A stretch of DNA of 28,754 nucleotides from positions 1 to 28,754 of the forward strand of contig JAHLWH010000137.1 of NCBI GenBank assembly GCA_019058015.1, read 5' to 3'. Of this stretch, positions 9,671-17,884 are shown piece after piece. Every line of letters starts with the position of its first letter. Position 1 is the stretch's first letter. A model generated the notes under the pieces. That model had not been told where the DNA came from, did no database searches, and worked only from the letters and a program-made list of their open reading frames with translations. This stretch comes from Promethearchaeota archaeon. GTDB taxonomy: Archaea; Asgardarchaeota; Lokiarchaeia; Sigyniarchaeales; SOKP01. Position numbers and translations under genes: made by a program.

Positions 9671-11389
9671 ATGAATTATAAGAAGCAGATTGCTATTTTA
9701 TTATCTGATTTTATAAAGGAAATTACTCCGCAAGAAGTGGAAAAACTAATTGAACTTCCTCCTAAAGATATTGATTTTGATTATTCATTTCCTGTTTTTA
9801 TTTTATCAAAAGTGAAAAAGAAATCACCTCAACAAATTGCTTTAGATTTGGAAATAAAATTAAAGAAACCAGAATATATATCTAAAATTAAAGCAATCGG
9901 ACCATATCTAAATTTTAAAATTGATAGGTTTGTTTTAGCAAAATATATTTTAACTGAAATTTTTAATAGAGGGGAGTTATTTGGCAAAATTGATTCTAAA
10001 GATATTGAAAAACCTCTTAGGATCGTAATTGAATATCCTGCCCCAAATACAAATAAGCCTTTACATCTTGGCCATATTAGAAATGTTTTTATTGGTCAAT
10101 CAGTTTCAAACCTTCTAAGATTTATTGCCAATGAAATTTTTGAAGTTAACTTATATAATGATAAAGGTATTCATATTTGTAAAAGCATGCTTGCATACCA
10201 AAAGTGGGGGAATAATAAAAAACCAGAAGATGAAAATATTAAGTCTGATCATTTTGTTGGTAAGTATTATGTTTTATTCAATGAAAAATTGAAAAATGAC
10301 CCTAATTTGAATCAAGAAGCTGAGAATATGCTTCATAAATGGGAAAATAATGATCCAAAGACACGTACTCTTTGGAAAATGATGAATAATTGGGCAAAAC
10401 AAGGATTTGATGAATCATTTGATAAATTAGGGGTTAAATTTAGCCAAGAATATTTTGAATCTGATATTTATAAAAAAGGAAAAGAAATAATAAATACTGT
10501 AATTGACGGTAAAAATTTTGAAAAAGTTGAAAATAATGCAGTTATTGCTAGATTAGAGAATTATAATCTCCCCGATAAAGTTCTACTTCGCGGAGATGGC
10601 ACATCACTATATATTACACAAGATATATATTTAGCTAAAAAGAAAAAAGAAGATTTTAATTACGATAAATCTATTTATGTTGTTGGAAATGAACAGAATA
10701 CTTATTTTAAGCAATTATTTAAAGTATTAGAGCTTTTAGGTTTTTCAGAGGAGATGATTCATTTATCTTATGGTATGGTATATTTACCAGAAGGCAAAAT
10801 GAAAAGTAGAGAAGGTCAAACTGTCGATGCAGATGATATTATTGAGAAAGTGTATAACTTAGCTAAAAAAGAAATAGAAAAGCGATATATTGATTTAAAT
10901 GAAGAGGAAATAGAAAAGCGATCAAGAATCATAGGACAAGCTGCTTTAAGATTCTATATTTTGAAGTATGATCCAAAAAAGGACTTTACCTATTATCCTG
11001 ATAAAAGTATCTCATTTGAAGGAGATACTGGTCCCTACATTCAATATGTTTATGCAAGAATTCAATCCATTATTAACAAAACTGAAGTGGAGATTGATAT
11101 AGATATCGATTTTTCACTCTTAAAACATAAAACCGAAAAAGAATTAATATTTAATCTATATCAATTTCCAGAAATTCTTAAAGAAGCTGCAGAGTCCTAT
11201 AAGCCACATTTAATGTGTCAATATCTTTTAAACCTATCTCAACACCTCAACTCTTTTTATGTTAGTTGTCAAGTCATTTCTAGTGAAATTAATTTACAGA
11301 AAGCTCGATTATTATTGATTAGATGCACTCAGATTGTAATAAAAATTGGTCTGAACCTACTTGGTATAGAAATTTTAGAACAAATGTAA
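9671..11389 (+). CDS. argS: Arginine--tRNA ligase
   Basis: HIGH-like motif 'PNTNKPLHLGHIRN', 'LRGDGTSLYITQD', 'GKMKSREG', 'FEGDTGPYIQYVYARIQSI', and C-terminal 'LGIEILEQM'. Confidence 0.97.
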   Translation: MNYKKQIAILLSDFIKEITPQEVEKLIELPPKDIDFDYSFPVFILSKVKKKSPQQIALDLEIKLKKPEYISKIKAIGPYLNFKIDRFVLAKYILTEIFNRGELFGKIDSKDIEKPLRIVIEYPAPNTNKPLHLGHIRNVFIGQSVSNLLRFIANEIFEVNLYNDKGIHICKSMLAYQKWGNNKKPEDENIKSDHFVGKYYVLFNEKLKNDPNLNQEAENMLHKWENNDPKTRTLWKMMNNWAKQGFDESFDKLGVKFSQEYFESDIYKKGKEIINTVIDGKNFEKVENNAVIARLENYNLPDKVLLRGDGTSLYITQDIYLAKKKKEDFNYDKSIYVVGNEQNTYFKQLFKVLELLGFSEEMIHLSYGMVYLPEGKMKSREGQTVDADDIIEKVYNLAKKEIEKRYIDLNEEEIEKRSRIIGQAALRFYILKYDPKKDFTYYPDKSISFEGDTGPYIQYVYARIQSIINKTEVEIDIDIDFSLLKHKTEKELIFNLYQFPEILKEAAESYKPHLMCQYLLNLSQHLNSFYVSCQVISSEINLQKARLLLIRCTQIVIKIGLNLLGIEILEQM

Positions 11390-11411
11390 TTTTCGAAAGG
11401 GCGTTGATTTA

Positions 11412-12314
11412 ATGAAATCTTTTTTTGATTTTAAAGGACAATGTGATGAAAATACTGAGTTCATCATTTTTGGAATTCCATGGGATTCTCTCAGTTCATT
11501 GGAAAATGCCGATTCAGCGCTAACTCCTAAAAATTTACGTGAAATTAGTTATGAACTTGCAAGAACTACTGAAATTGGATTAGATATTACTTCATTTAAT
11601 GCTTGTGATCTGGGAGATATTGAAATTGATTCATCAGATACCAGTAAAAATATCAAAAAAATTGAGGAATTTCTCAAAAAAATTGAATATTTTAATAAAA
11701 AAGTGGTGTTGGTGATGATCGGCGGTGATCACTTTTGCACATTTCCTGTAGTAAAATTTATCGGTGACATGGTTGAGAAAAAAGAAGACTTTGGAGTTTT
11801 AATTTTTGATGCCCATGTAGATTTTTACGACACTTGGGAGGGAAGCAAATTTTCCCATACTACGGTCTCTCATCGATTATATGATTTAGAATATATTAAT
11901 AATGAAAATTTATTCATTGTTGGAACGCGAGATATTGATAATATTGAACTCGAAAATGCAAAAAATGAAAATCTCCGTTATCTTAATGCATACAAGATAG
12001 ATGAGATTGGGATCCAACAAACTACAACTGAAATTATGCAATTTTTCAAAAAATATTCAAAAAAACCGAAATTGTATGTATCAATTGATATTGATGTTTT
12101 AGATCCCTCTATTGCTCCTGGAACAGGTTATGCAATAGCTGGTGGTATCAGTTATAGAAATTTATGGAAAATAATAAGAAATTTAGTAAAAGAATTTGAA
12201 ATAATTGGATTTGATTTAGTTGAGGTATCGCCGGGCCTTGATTTACCAAATAAAATGACTCAAATTTGTGCTACTAAACTAATTGTTGAATTTATGAGTT
12301 TTATTAAAAGTTAA
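11412..12314 (+). CDS. speB: Agmatinase (ureohydrolase family)
   Basis: GGDH, DAHVD, SH(T)T, 'SIDIDVLDPSIAPGTG' and 'GFDLVEVSP' are Mn-ureohydrolase motifs. Confidence 0.88.
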   Translation: MKSFFDFKGQCDENTEFIIFGIPWDSLSSLENADSALTPKNLREISYELARTTEIGLDITSFNACDLGDIEIDSSDTSKNIKKIEEFLKKIEYFNKKVVLVMIGGDHFCTFPVVKFIGDMVEKKEDFGVLIFDAHVDFYDTWEGSKFSHTTVSHRLYDLEYINNENLFIVGTRDIDNIELENAKNENLRYLNAYKIDEIGIQQTTTEIMQFFKKYSKKPKLYVSIDIDVLDPSIAPGTGYAIAGGISYRNLWKIIRNLVKEFEIIGFDLVEVSPGLDLPNKMTQICATKLIVEFMSFIKS

Positions 12315-12325
12315 AATTAATTTGA

Positions 12326-13276
12326 ATGATTATAATGAAAGAAGATGATTTAAAAAATTTTAAACCAGTAGAGCAGATTGATATCTCTCAAAATGATAAT
12401 ATTAATAAAATCATTAGGTCTTTAATTAATACGGGATTTAATGCGAAACGTTTAGCTTTAACGTGTGAAATTTATGAGAAGATGATAAAAGATAAAGAAT
12501 GTATAAAATTTTTTGGACTTGCAGGTGCAATGGTTCCGGTTGGTATGCAAAAAGTTATTCACGATTTTATAGAAGAGGACTTTCTCGATATACTTGTGAC
12601 AACCGGTGCAAATATAACTCATGATGTCGCTGAGACTCTAGGATTCCACCATCTGCAAGGCGATTTTAAATTAGAAAATATTGATGATGCAAAATTATTT
12701 GATAAAAAAGTTAATCGAATATATGATGTGTTTTTACCTAATAATGTTTATGAGGGAATTGAAGATTTTATTTCAAATTTAAACATCCCTAACGATGAGA
12801 TGCCGGTAAGTGAATTTTTAAAATTTCTAGGTGAACATCTACCAAACAATCCTAATTCGATCTTAAAAATTTGCGCTAAAAAAAATATACCAATTTTCTG
12901 TCCTGCTTTTACTGATTGTGGTTTAGCACTTCAATTAGGTTTCCACAATCAAAAACTCAATTTAAACCATTTTAAAGATATGCTAAAAATGGTCAATTTA
13001 GCATGGGATGCCAAAAAAGCCGGTGTTTTTATTGTTGGTGGAGGTGTTCCGAAAAATTTTATTATGCAATCCCTCCAATTTTCTCCTAATTCTGCCTCTT
13101 ACGCCATTCAAATAACAATGGATCGACCAGAACCAGGAGGACTAAGTGGAGCAACATTAAGTGAGGCAGTTTCATGGGGAAAGGTTAATAAAGAAGCATT
13201 ATACACAACTTTAATTTGTGACGCAACTATTGCTCTTCCCTTAATTTTTTCATATTTAAAAAATTTAAAAAAATGA
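12326..13276 (+). CDS. dys: Deoxyhypusine synthase
   Basis: TGFNA, LVTTGANITHD, NRIYDV, PIFCPAFTD, GGGVPKNF, 'GGLSGATLSEAVSWGK' (catalytic Lys) and DATIALP. Confidence 0.95.
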   Translation: MIIMKEDDLKNFKPVEQIDISQNDNINKIIRSLINTGFNAKRLALTCEIYEKMIKDKECIKFFGLAGAMVPVGMQKVIHDFIEEDFLDILVTTGANITHDVAETLGFHHLQGDFKLENIDDAKLFDKKVNRIYDVFLPNNVYEGIEDFISNLNIPNDEMPVSEFLKFLGEHLPNNPNSILKICAKKNIPIFCPAFTDCGLALQLGFHNQKLNLNHFKDMLKMVNLAWDAKKAGVFIVGGGVPKNFIMQSLQFSPNSASYAIQITMDRPEPGGLSGATLSEAVSWGKVNKEALYTTLICDATIALPLIFSYLKNLKK

Positions 13277-13729
13277 ACCTTTTAATCGTTGATCTACGGT
13301 TTTTCCTTCTTCTCCAAATAAATTATCAATTTCTTGCTTGAATTCTTGAAATTCTGATACATGCGAAAGATTTTTATTTTTATACTTCTCCTTAAATAAC
13401 AATAATAGCTTCTTTAATTCAGGAACAATTCTCTCCTTTACTTTATCTATATGTTTTACTTTATCCATTATTATATAAGAAATAATTAATTCAGAAACAT
13501 CCTCACCATCCGCAGATAAAATTTTATCTTGAGTGAATATTAATGATTTCTTTTTACCTTCTATATATTCAAGACTATGAGAAAATGCCGCCTCTGAAAA
13601 GTTAATTATAGCCGTTAAAAGCCCCGATCTTAAGTCTTTATCTTTGATATTCGTCCCAAAATCATGATACTGTGAATTTATTATAGTAAAACCCCTAAAT
13701 AAAATTCCACATTCGCGAATTAAAACCAT
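13265..13729 (-). CDS. Longin-like (sensor/adaptor) domain protein
   Basis: Two N-terminal beta strands, helix 'DKDLRSGLLTAIINFSEAAF', further strands, then helices 'LKKLLLLFKEKY' and 'SEFQEFKQEIDNLF'. This matches the pattern of Asgard longin-like proteins. ATG at 13729 has a GGAG SD. Confidence 0.65.
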   Translation of the reverse strand: MVLIRECGILFRGFTIINSQYHDFGTNIKDKDLRSGLLTAIINFSEAAFSHSLEYIEGKKKSLIFTQDKILSADGEDVSELIISYIIMDKVKHIDKVKERIVPELKKLLLLFKEKYKNKNLSHVSEFQEFKQEIDNLFGEEGKTVDQRLKGSFF

Positions 13730-13814
13730 ATAATCTCCCAATTAAAAATTCTTAAAAATTCGCAGTATCTATAGAATAATTCTCTCTTCACATATTTTAA
13801 CTTTTTTATAGTTT

Positions 13815-14282
13815 TTAGAGATTTATCTCGAGCAATTTACCGCACGATTTACAATGCTTCCAAGTTCTACTAATTGAGGCTCCACAATATGGGCAAAACC
13901 ATCCTTCTCTAATTTCTATATTGTTTTGATGTGATGGGGTTTGCTCATATGGAAGACGTGGTATTCCCTCACCTTTTTTAGGACCAAAAGGTTCATATTC
14001 TTTATTTGGGTCCTCTGTGCATTTAAAAAGGCATTTAGGGCAATATTTCTTTGGTATTAGGCCGTAATATATGAGGTACGGATTTATAATCATAAATAAA
14101 TATAAAAAGAACATGAGATTGAAAAACCACGTTAAAATCAATAGAATCGTAAGAACAGTAGAAATTATAAATATTATTCCGACAAAAATTCCAAATACTA
14201 TTGTATTAAATTCCGACCTTGTTGGAAAACAATTCATACAACAATTTTTACAGAATTTCATTTTATTAATATCTTGAGGCAA
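13815..14282 (-). CDS. Membrane protein: split CxxC-hydrophobic-CxxC (LITAF-like) module plus C-terminal zinc ribbon
   Basis: CKNC, about 48 hydrophobic residues, then CPKC; later CPYCG...CKSCG. TTG start with AGGAG SD upstream. Confidence 0.7.
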   Translation of the reverse strand: MPQDINKMKFCKNCCMNCFPTRSEFNTIVFGIFVGIIFIISTVLTILLILTWFFNLMFFLYLFMIINPYLIYYGLIPKKYCPKCLFKCTEDPNKEYEPFGPKKGEGIPRLPYEQTPSHQNNIEIREGWFCPYCGASISRTWKHCKSCGKLLEINL

Positions 14283-14452
14283 TAAGTAATCAAGCTCCTT
14301 TTTCTTTGACTATAAATTATTAATATTTTAATATAGATAAAAAAATGGTTTTTAAAACTACTCAAAATTAAATAAAAAGATAACTACGATAAATTCATAT
14401 ACTTAATAAATTAATTATTTAAAATAAGCAAAAGAAATCACGTGAAAACAAT

Positions 14453-14983
14453 TTGAGTGAAGAGGAAAAATCTTATGTCTTTAAAATCGTGGTTGTAGGG
14501 GATGGCGCGGTAGGGAAAACCTCTTTAATTAAGCAATATACTGAAGGGAATTTCTTTAAAGACTATATTAAAACAATTGGCGCACAATTCTCAAAATATA
14601 TTGAGGAAATTGAGAATGTACGTGTAAAGCTTTTTTTCTGGGACATTGCAGGTCAAAGCGAATTTTCTTTTATGAGACCAACTTTCTATAAAGGTGCTAA
14701 AGCAGTCATTTTAGTATATTCATTAATAGATTCACAGAGTTTTAATAGTATAAAAATTTGGCATGAAGATATCAAAAAATATTGTGGAGATAAACCAATT
14801 ATAATTTTTGGTAATAAGGTTGATCTAGTTAATGAAAATGAATTAGATGATTCCAAAATCAATACTTTGAAAGATGAGATTGGTTTTATTAAATATTACA
14901 AAACTTCTGCTAAAACAGGTAAGAATGTGTATGATGCTTTCAGATGCATCATAAAAGAATTATACGATTCCGTAAAAGAATAA
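14453..14983 (+). CDS. Rab/Ras-like small GTPase (GTPase 1)
   Basis: G1 GDGAVGKTS, G2 TIG, G3 WDIAGQ, G4 NKVD, G5 SAK. No C-terminal Cys. Confidence 0.95.
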   Translation: MSEEEKSYVFKIVVVGDGAVGKTSLIKQYTEGNFFKDYIKTIGAQFSKYIEEIENVRVKLFFWDIAGQSEFSFMRPTFYKGAKAVILVYSLIDSQSFNSIKIWHEDIKKYCGDKPIIIFGNKVDLVNENELDDSKINTLKDEIGFIKYYKTSAKTGKNVYDAFRCIIKELYDSVKE

Positions 14984-15026
14984 GCAGATTCATCAATTGA
15001 AATAAATAACATTATTTTTAAATGAA

Positions 15027-15326
15027 ATGACTTCTACCATTAGGAAGGAAAATAAAAACCTTGAAATTCTATTCTTTTCCTCAAATTATTGTGAACCTTG
15101 TAAAGAAGTTGAAAAATTAATACATAAAATAAATCTATCGATGTTTGGAAAAAAATTAAAGATTCAAAAAATCAGCATTGACATAAAAAGTCCAATAATA
15201 AAGAAATATAAAATTACAAGCGTGCCATCTTTAGTAATCGCAGGAAAAAAATTAACTAGGAACGTAGATATGGATGATATTATTGACGCAATATTACAAG
15301 GATTTATATCTTCTGTAGATATTTGA
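15027..15326 (+). CDS. Thioredoxin-like protein (CEPC)
   Basis: FFSSNYCEPCKEV CxxC motif and 'YKITSVPSLVI' cis-Pro motif; 99 aa. Confidence 0.85.
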   Translation: MTSTIRKENKNLEILFFSSNYCEPCKEVEKLIHKINLSMFGKKLKIQKISIDIKSPIIKKYKITSVPSLVIAGKKLTRNVDMDDIIDAILQGFISSVDI

Positions 15327-15359
15327 TTAAAAATTTAAAAAAAATAAGGAAAATTTATC

Positions 15360-15854
15360 ATGAATCGTTCTCTATTAAATGATTTATTAAAGAAGATGAA
15401 ATCTAATCTTCTTGAAGGAAAAAGTATTGGGAATTTGAAAATAGGTGCTTTATTAGCTCTGGGTAGTCAATTGGAGGCTGTTTTTTATTATTTAGGTCAT
15501 GAATTGGGACTATTATTTGATGTTCCTAAAATCTCTGATCTTACTAAAATTCCTGAAGAACTTGCTAAAATAATTAAAAAATACAATTTAGGTGAAATTG
15601 ATATAACTGGATACTCACAAGAGCAGATTTCACAGGAACATCTATCTGTTAAATTAAGAAGTTGTCTTACTTGTAAAGATTTGTTATCTTCAAAAATATC
15701 TGCAGAGGAAACATTTTGTAGTTTTGAAGCAGGATTACTAGCTGCTTTAGTTGAGAAAATGAGTGATCTTCAATGTTTTGCTCAAGAAGAGAAGTGTAGT
15801 CTGCAAACTGACCAATTATATTGTGAATTTATCATTGTATATCAAAAAGATTAA
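15360..15854 (+). CDS. V4R (4-vinyl reductase)/Bet3-like domain protein
   Basis: 'EAVFYYLGHELG', 'KYNLGEI', 'RSCLTC', 'TFCSFEAGLLAALVE' and 'EEKCSLQTDQLYCEFII' follow the canonical V4R pattern. Confidence 0.88.
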   Translation: MNRSLLNDLLKKMKSNLLEGKSIGNLKIGALLALGSQLEAVFYYLGHELGLLFDVPKISDLTKIPEELAKIIKKYNLGEIDITGYSQEQISQEHLSVKLRSCLTCKDLLSSKISAEETFCSFEAGLLAALVEKMSDLQCFAQEEKCSLQTDQLYCEFIIVYQKD

Positions 15855-15968
15855 ATTATTCATATTTGAAAAAGTAAGCACTATTATCATTCATATTGCA
15901 ATAAAAATATTAACTAAAAGAAATTTTAAAGAATTAATTGATTAAAAATAAAAAATTATTATAGAGAG

Positions 15969-15977
15969 TTTTATATA
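15969..15977 (+). promoter_or_regulatory. Candidate TATA box for GTPase 2
   Basis: TTTTATATA preceded by purine-rich AGAGAG in the 190-bp gap before 16045. Confidence 0.35.
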
Positions 15978-16044
15978 CTTTTTATACATAAATCTTATTT
16001 AATAATAAGTTCATAGAAAAATAGATTAGAGGTAAATTAAGAAT

Positions 16045-16545
16045 ATGAGCGATTATATACTCAAGATTTGTCTATTGGGAGAAAAAAAAGTCGGAAAAAC
16101 CACATTGGTGTACAGGTTCATTGAAAATAAATTCCGTACCGATTTTCGAAGTACTTTAGGCGTAAATTTATTAAAAAAGACAGTTAAAATCGGAGATGCA
16201 ACTGTTGTGACTCAAATATGGGACTTAGGTGGTCAGGAACCATTTAAAAAACTTAGAAAACTTTATTTGGAGGGAGCAGAAGGTGCTTTATTACTTTTTG
16301 ATGTGACAAATCAACAATCATTTATTAAATTAGGAGAGTGGATTTCAAGTTTTAGAGAAGTTCACGGGAATAAACCAATAGTCTTAATAGGAAATAAAAT
16401 GGACCTTAAAGAAAATATTATAATTGATCAAAGTCAAGCTGAGAGGTATGCAAATGAAAACAATTTGAGTCTTGTACTAACCAGTGCAAAAACTGGGGAA
16501 AATGTTGAAAAATCGTTTGTGGATTTATTAAAACGCATTATTTAA
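16045..16545 (+). CDS. Rab/Ras-like small GTPase (GTPase 2)
   Basis: G1 GEKKVGKTT, G2 STLG, G3 WDLGGQE, G4 NKMD, G5 SAK. No prenylation motif. Confidence 0.95.
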   Translation: MSDYILKICLLGEKKVGKTTLVYRFIENKFRTDFRSTLGVNLLKKTVKIGDATVVTQIWDLGGQEPFKKLRKLYLEGAEGALLLFDVTNQQSFIKLGEWISSFREVHGNKPIVLIGNKMDLKENIIIDQSQAERYANENNLSLVLTSAKTGENVEKSFVDLLKRII

Positions 16546-16637
16546 AATTATCTAGCATTATTTATTTGAACTTTACTTTTTTCAGAGAGCTCTCATAGAA
16601 CGGGAATAAAAAATTTTTTTTAAAGTTTAATGGGAGT

Positions 16638-17300
16638 TTATAGAAAGGAAATATCTTCATAATCACCTGAGTCCAAATTCTTCTTAGCAATACCTAATTC
16701 ACGCACTTCTTTATTCAATTTGAGAACTGCCTCTCTAACTATGCTCTTTTCTTTAGCACCAGTACATACAATTCTTCCCGTTGAGAAAATCAAAAAAACA
16801 GTTTTGGGATCTTGCATTCGGTAAATAAGTCCGGGAAAGACTTCTGGCTCATACATTGCATATTCCATTACAATTGCCGCCATATTTAAATCTATATTAG
16901 TATGGAGATCACCACTCGCCACGATATTTTGAATGGTTATTACAGGATTTTTTACATCAATTCCGGCTTTTTTAATATTTTTAATTACTTTTTGAACAAC
17001 CTTATCAGATTCAGATGCTTTTCTAAGACCTGTAACTACCATTTTACCGGTTGAAAAGATTAAAATTGTGGCACGTGGTTTTTCTATTCTCATTACCAGA
17101 CCTGGAAACCGTTCAGGATTATATTCCACATCAGGTAGTTTTCTCGCAATCTGATTTAGATCAACCTTTTCCTCGATTTCTACTACTACTGTGCCTACAA
17201 CATTCTCAATTTTATAATCCAAGTTCGCTTCATAATCATAATCTTCCCATTCATCTTCTCCCTCCCCTTCTTTTAAATCATTACCTTCTTCTTCACTCAT
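16638..17300 (-). CDS. tbp: TATA-box-binding protein with acidic N-terminal extension
   Basis: Two TBP repeats: IENVVGT...EYNPERFPGLV...LIFSTGKMVVTG and IQNIVAS...MYEPEVFPGLIYR...LIFSTGRIVCTG. ATG at 17300 preferred over TTG at 17315. Confidence 0.97.
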   Translation of the reverse strand: MSEEEGNDLKEGEGEDEWEDYDYEANLDYKIENVVGTVVVEIEEKVDLNQIARKLPDVEYNPERFPGLVMRIEKPRATILIFSTGKMVVTGLRKASESDKVVQKVIKNIKKAGIDVKNPVITIQNIVASGDLHTNIDLNMAAIVMEYAMYEPEVFPGLIYRMQDPKTVFLIFSTGRIVCTGAKEKSIVREAVLKLNKEVRELGIAKKNLDSGDYEDISFL

Positions 17301-17499
17301 AGTTTTTATACTCAAATAATAACAATAAAATGATGAATCAATAATCTATGTTATTTTAAAGATGATTTAATTGCAATATTCTTAAGATGGACTAAATAAA
17401 ATAATGAAATTTTTTATCCTATTTAAATATATATTTAAAATAAAAATTCATTTAAAAATGAATGCTTGTGATATTAATTTTATTTGGTTTTGTTAAAAG

Positions 17500-17805
17500 T
17501 TATAATGAATTAAACTTGATGTTATGAATTATTTTCTGAAAATCTCGCAATAGTTTTTCATTCATTATCCCTTCATTCATATTATTAAAATAAACCAAAA
17601 TTATTTTTCCCGTCTCTATATCTTTAAATCCACTAATTCGGAAATGATCAAAATTTTTGCTGCAAGAAATATATAGTGAATCGGGTTGCTCATCGTAATG
17701 TAAATGTGATGAACAATGAATGCAACGATTTTTTGAAATATGATTAAAGATATTTTTAATTTTTAAAGCTGAGATATTTTCATTAACCTCTAATTCCATG
17801 AACAT
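17500..17805 (-). CDS. Hypothetical protein with a possible CxxC...CxxxxxH zinc site
   Basis: 'RCIHCSSHL...YISCSKNFDHF'; 101 aa; co-oriented with acyP and tbp. Confidence 0.6.
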   Translation of the reverse strand: MFMELEVNENISALKIKNIFNHISKNRCIHCSSHLHYDEQPDSLYISCSKNFDHFRISGFKDIETGKIILVYFNNMNEGIMNEKLLRDFQKIIHNIKFNSL

Positions 17806-17884
17806 ATCTCAGATGAGTTGATAAAAAAATATTGTAATATTTCAGTATTATCGAGATACAGTTCTCAATAATATCATAGGCAAA

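Noticed and set aside
15324-15360. UGA readthrough fusing thioredoxin to the in-frame V4R gene
   Set aside because: Two in-frame TAA codons (15336, 15345) follow the TGA.
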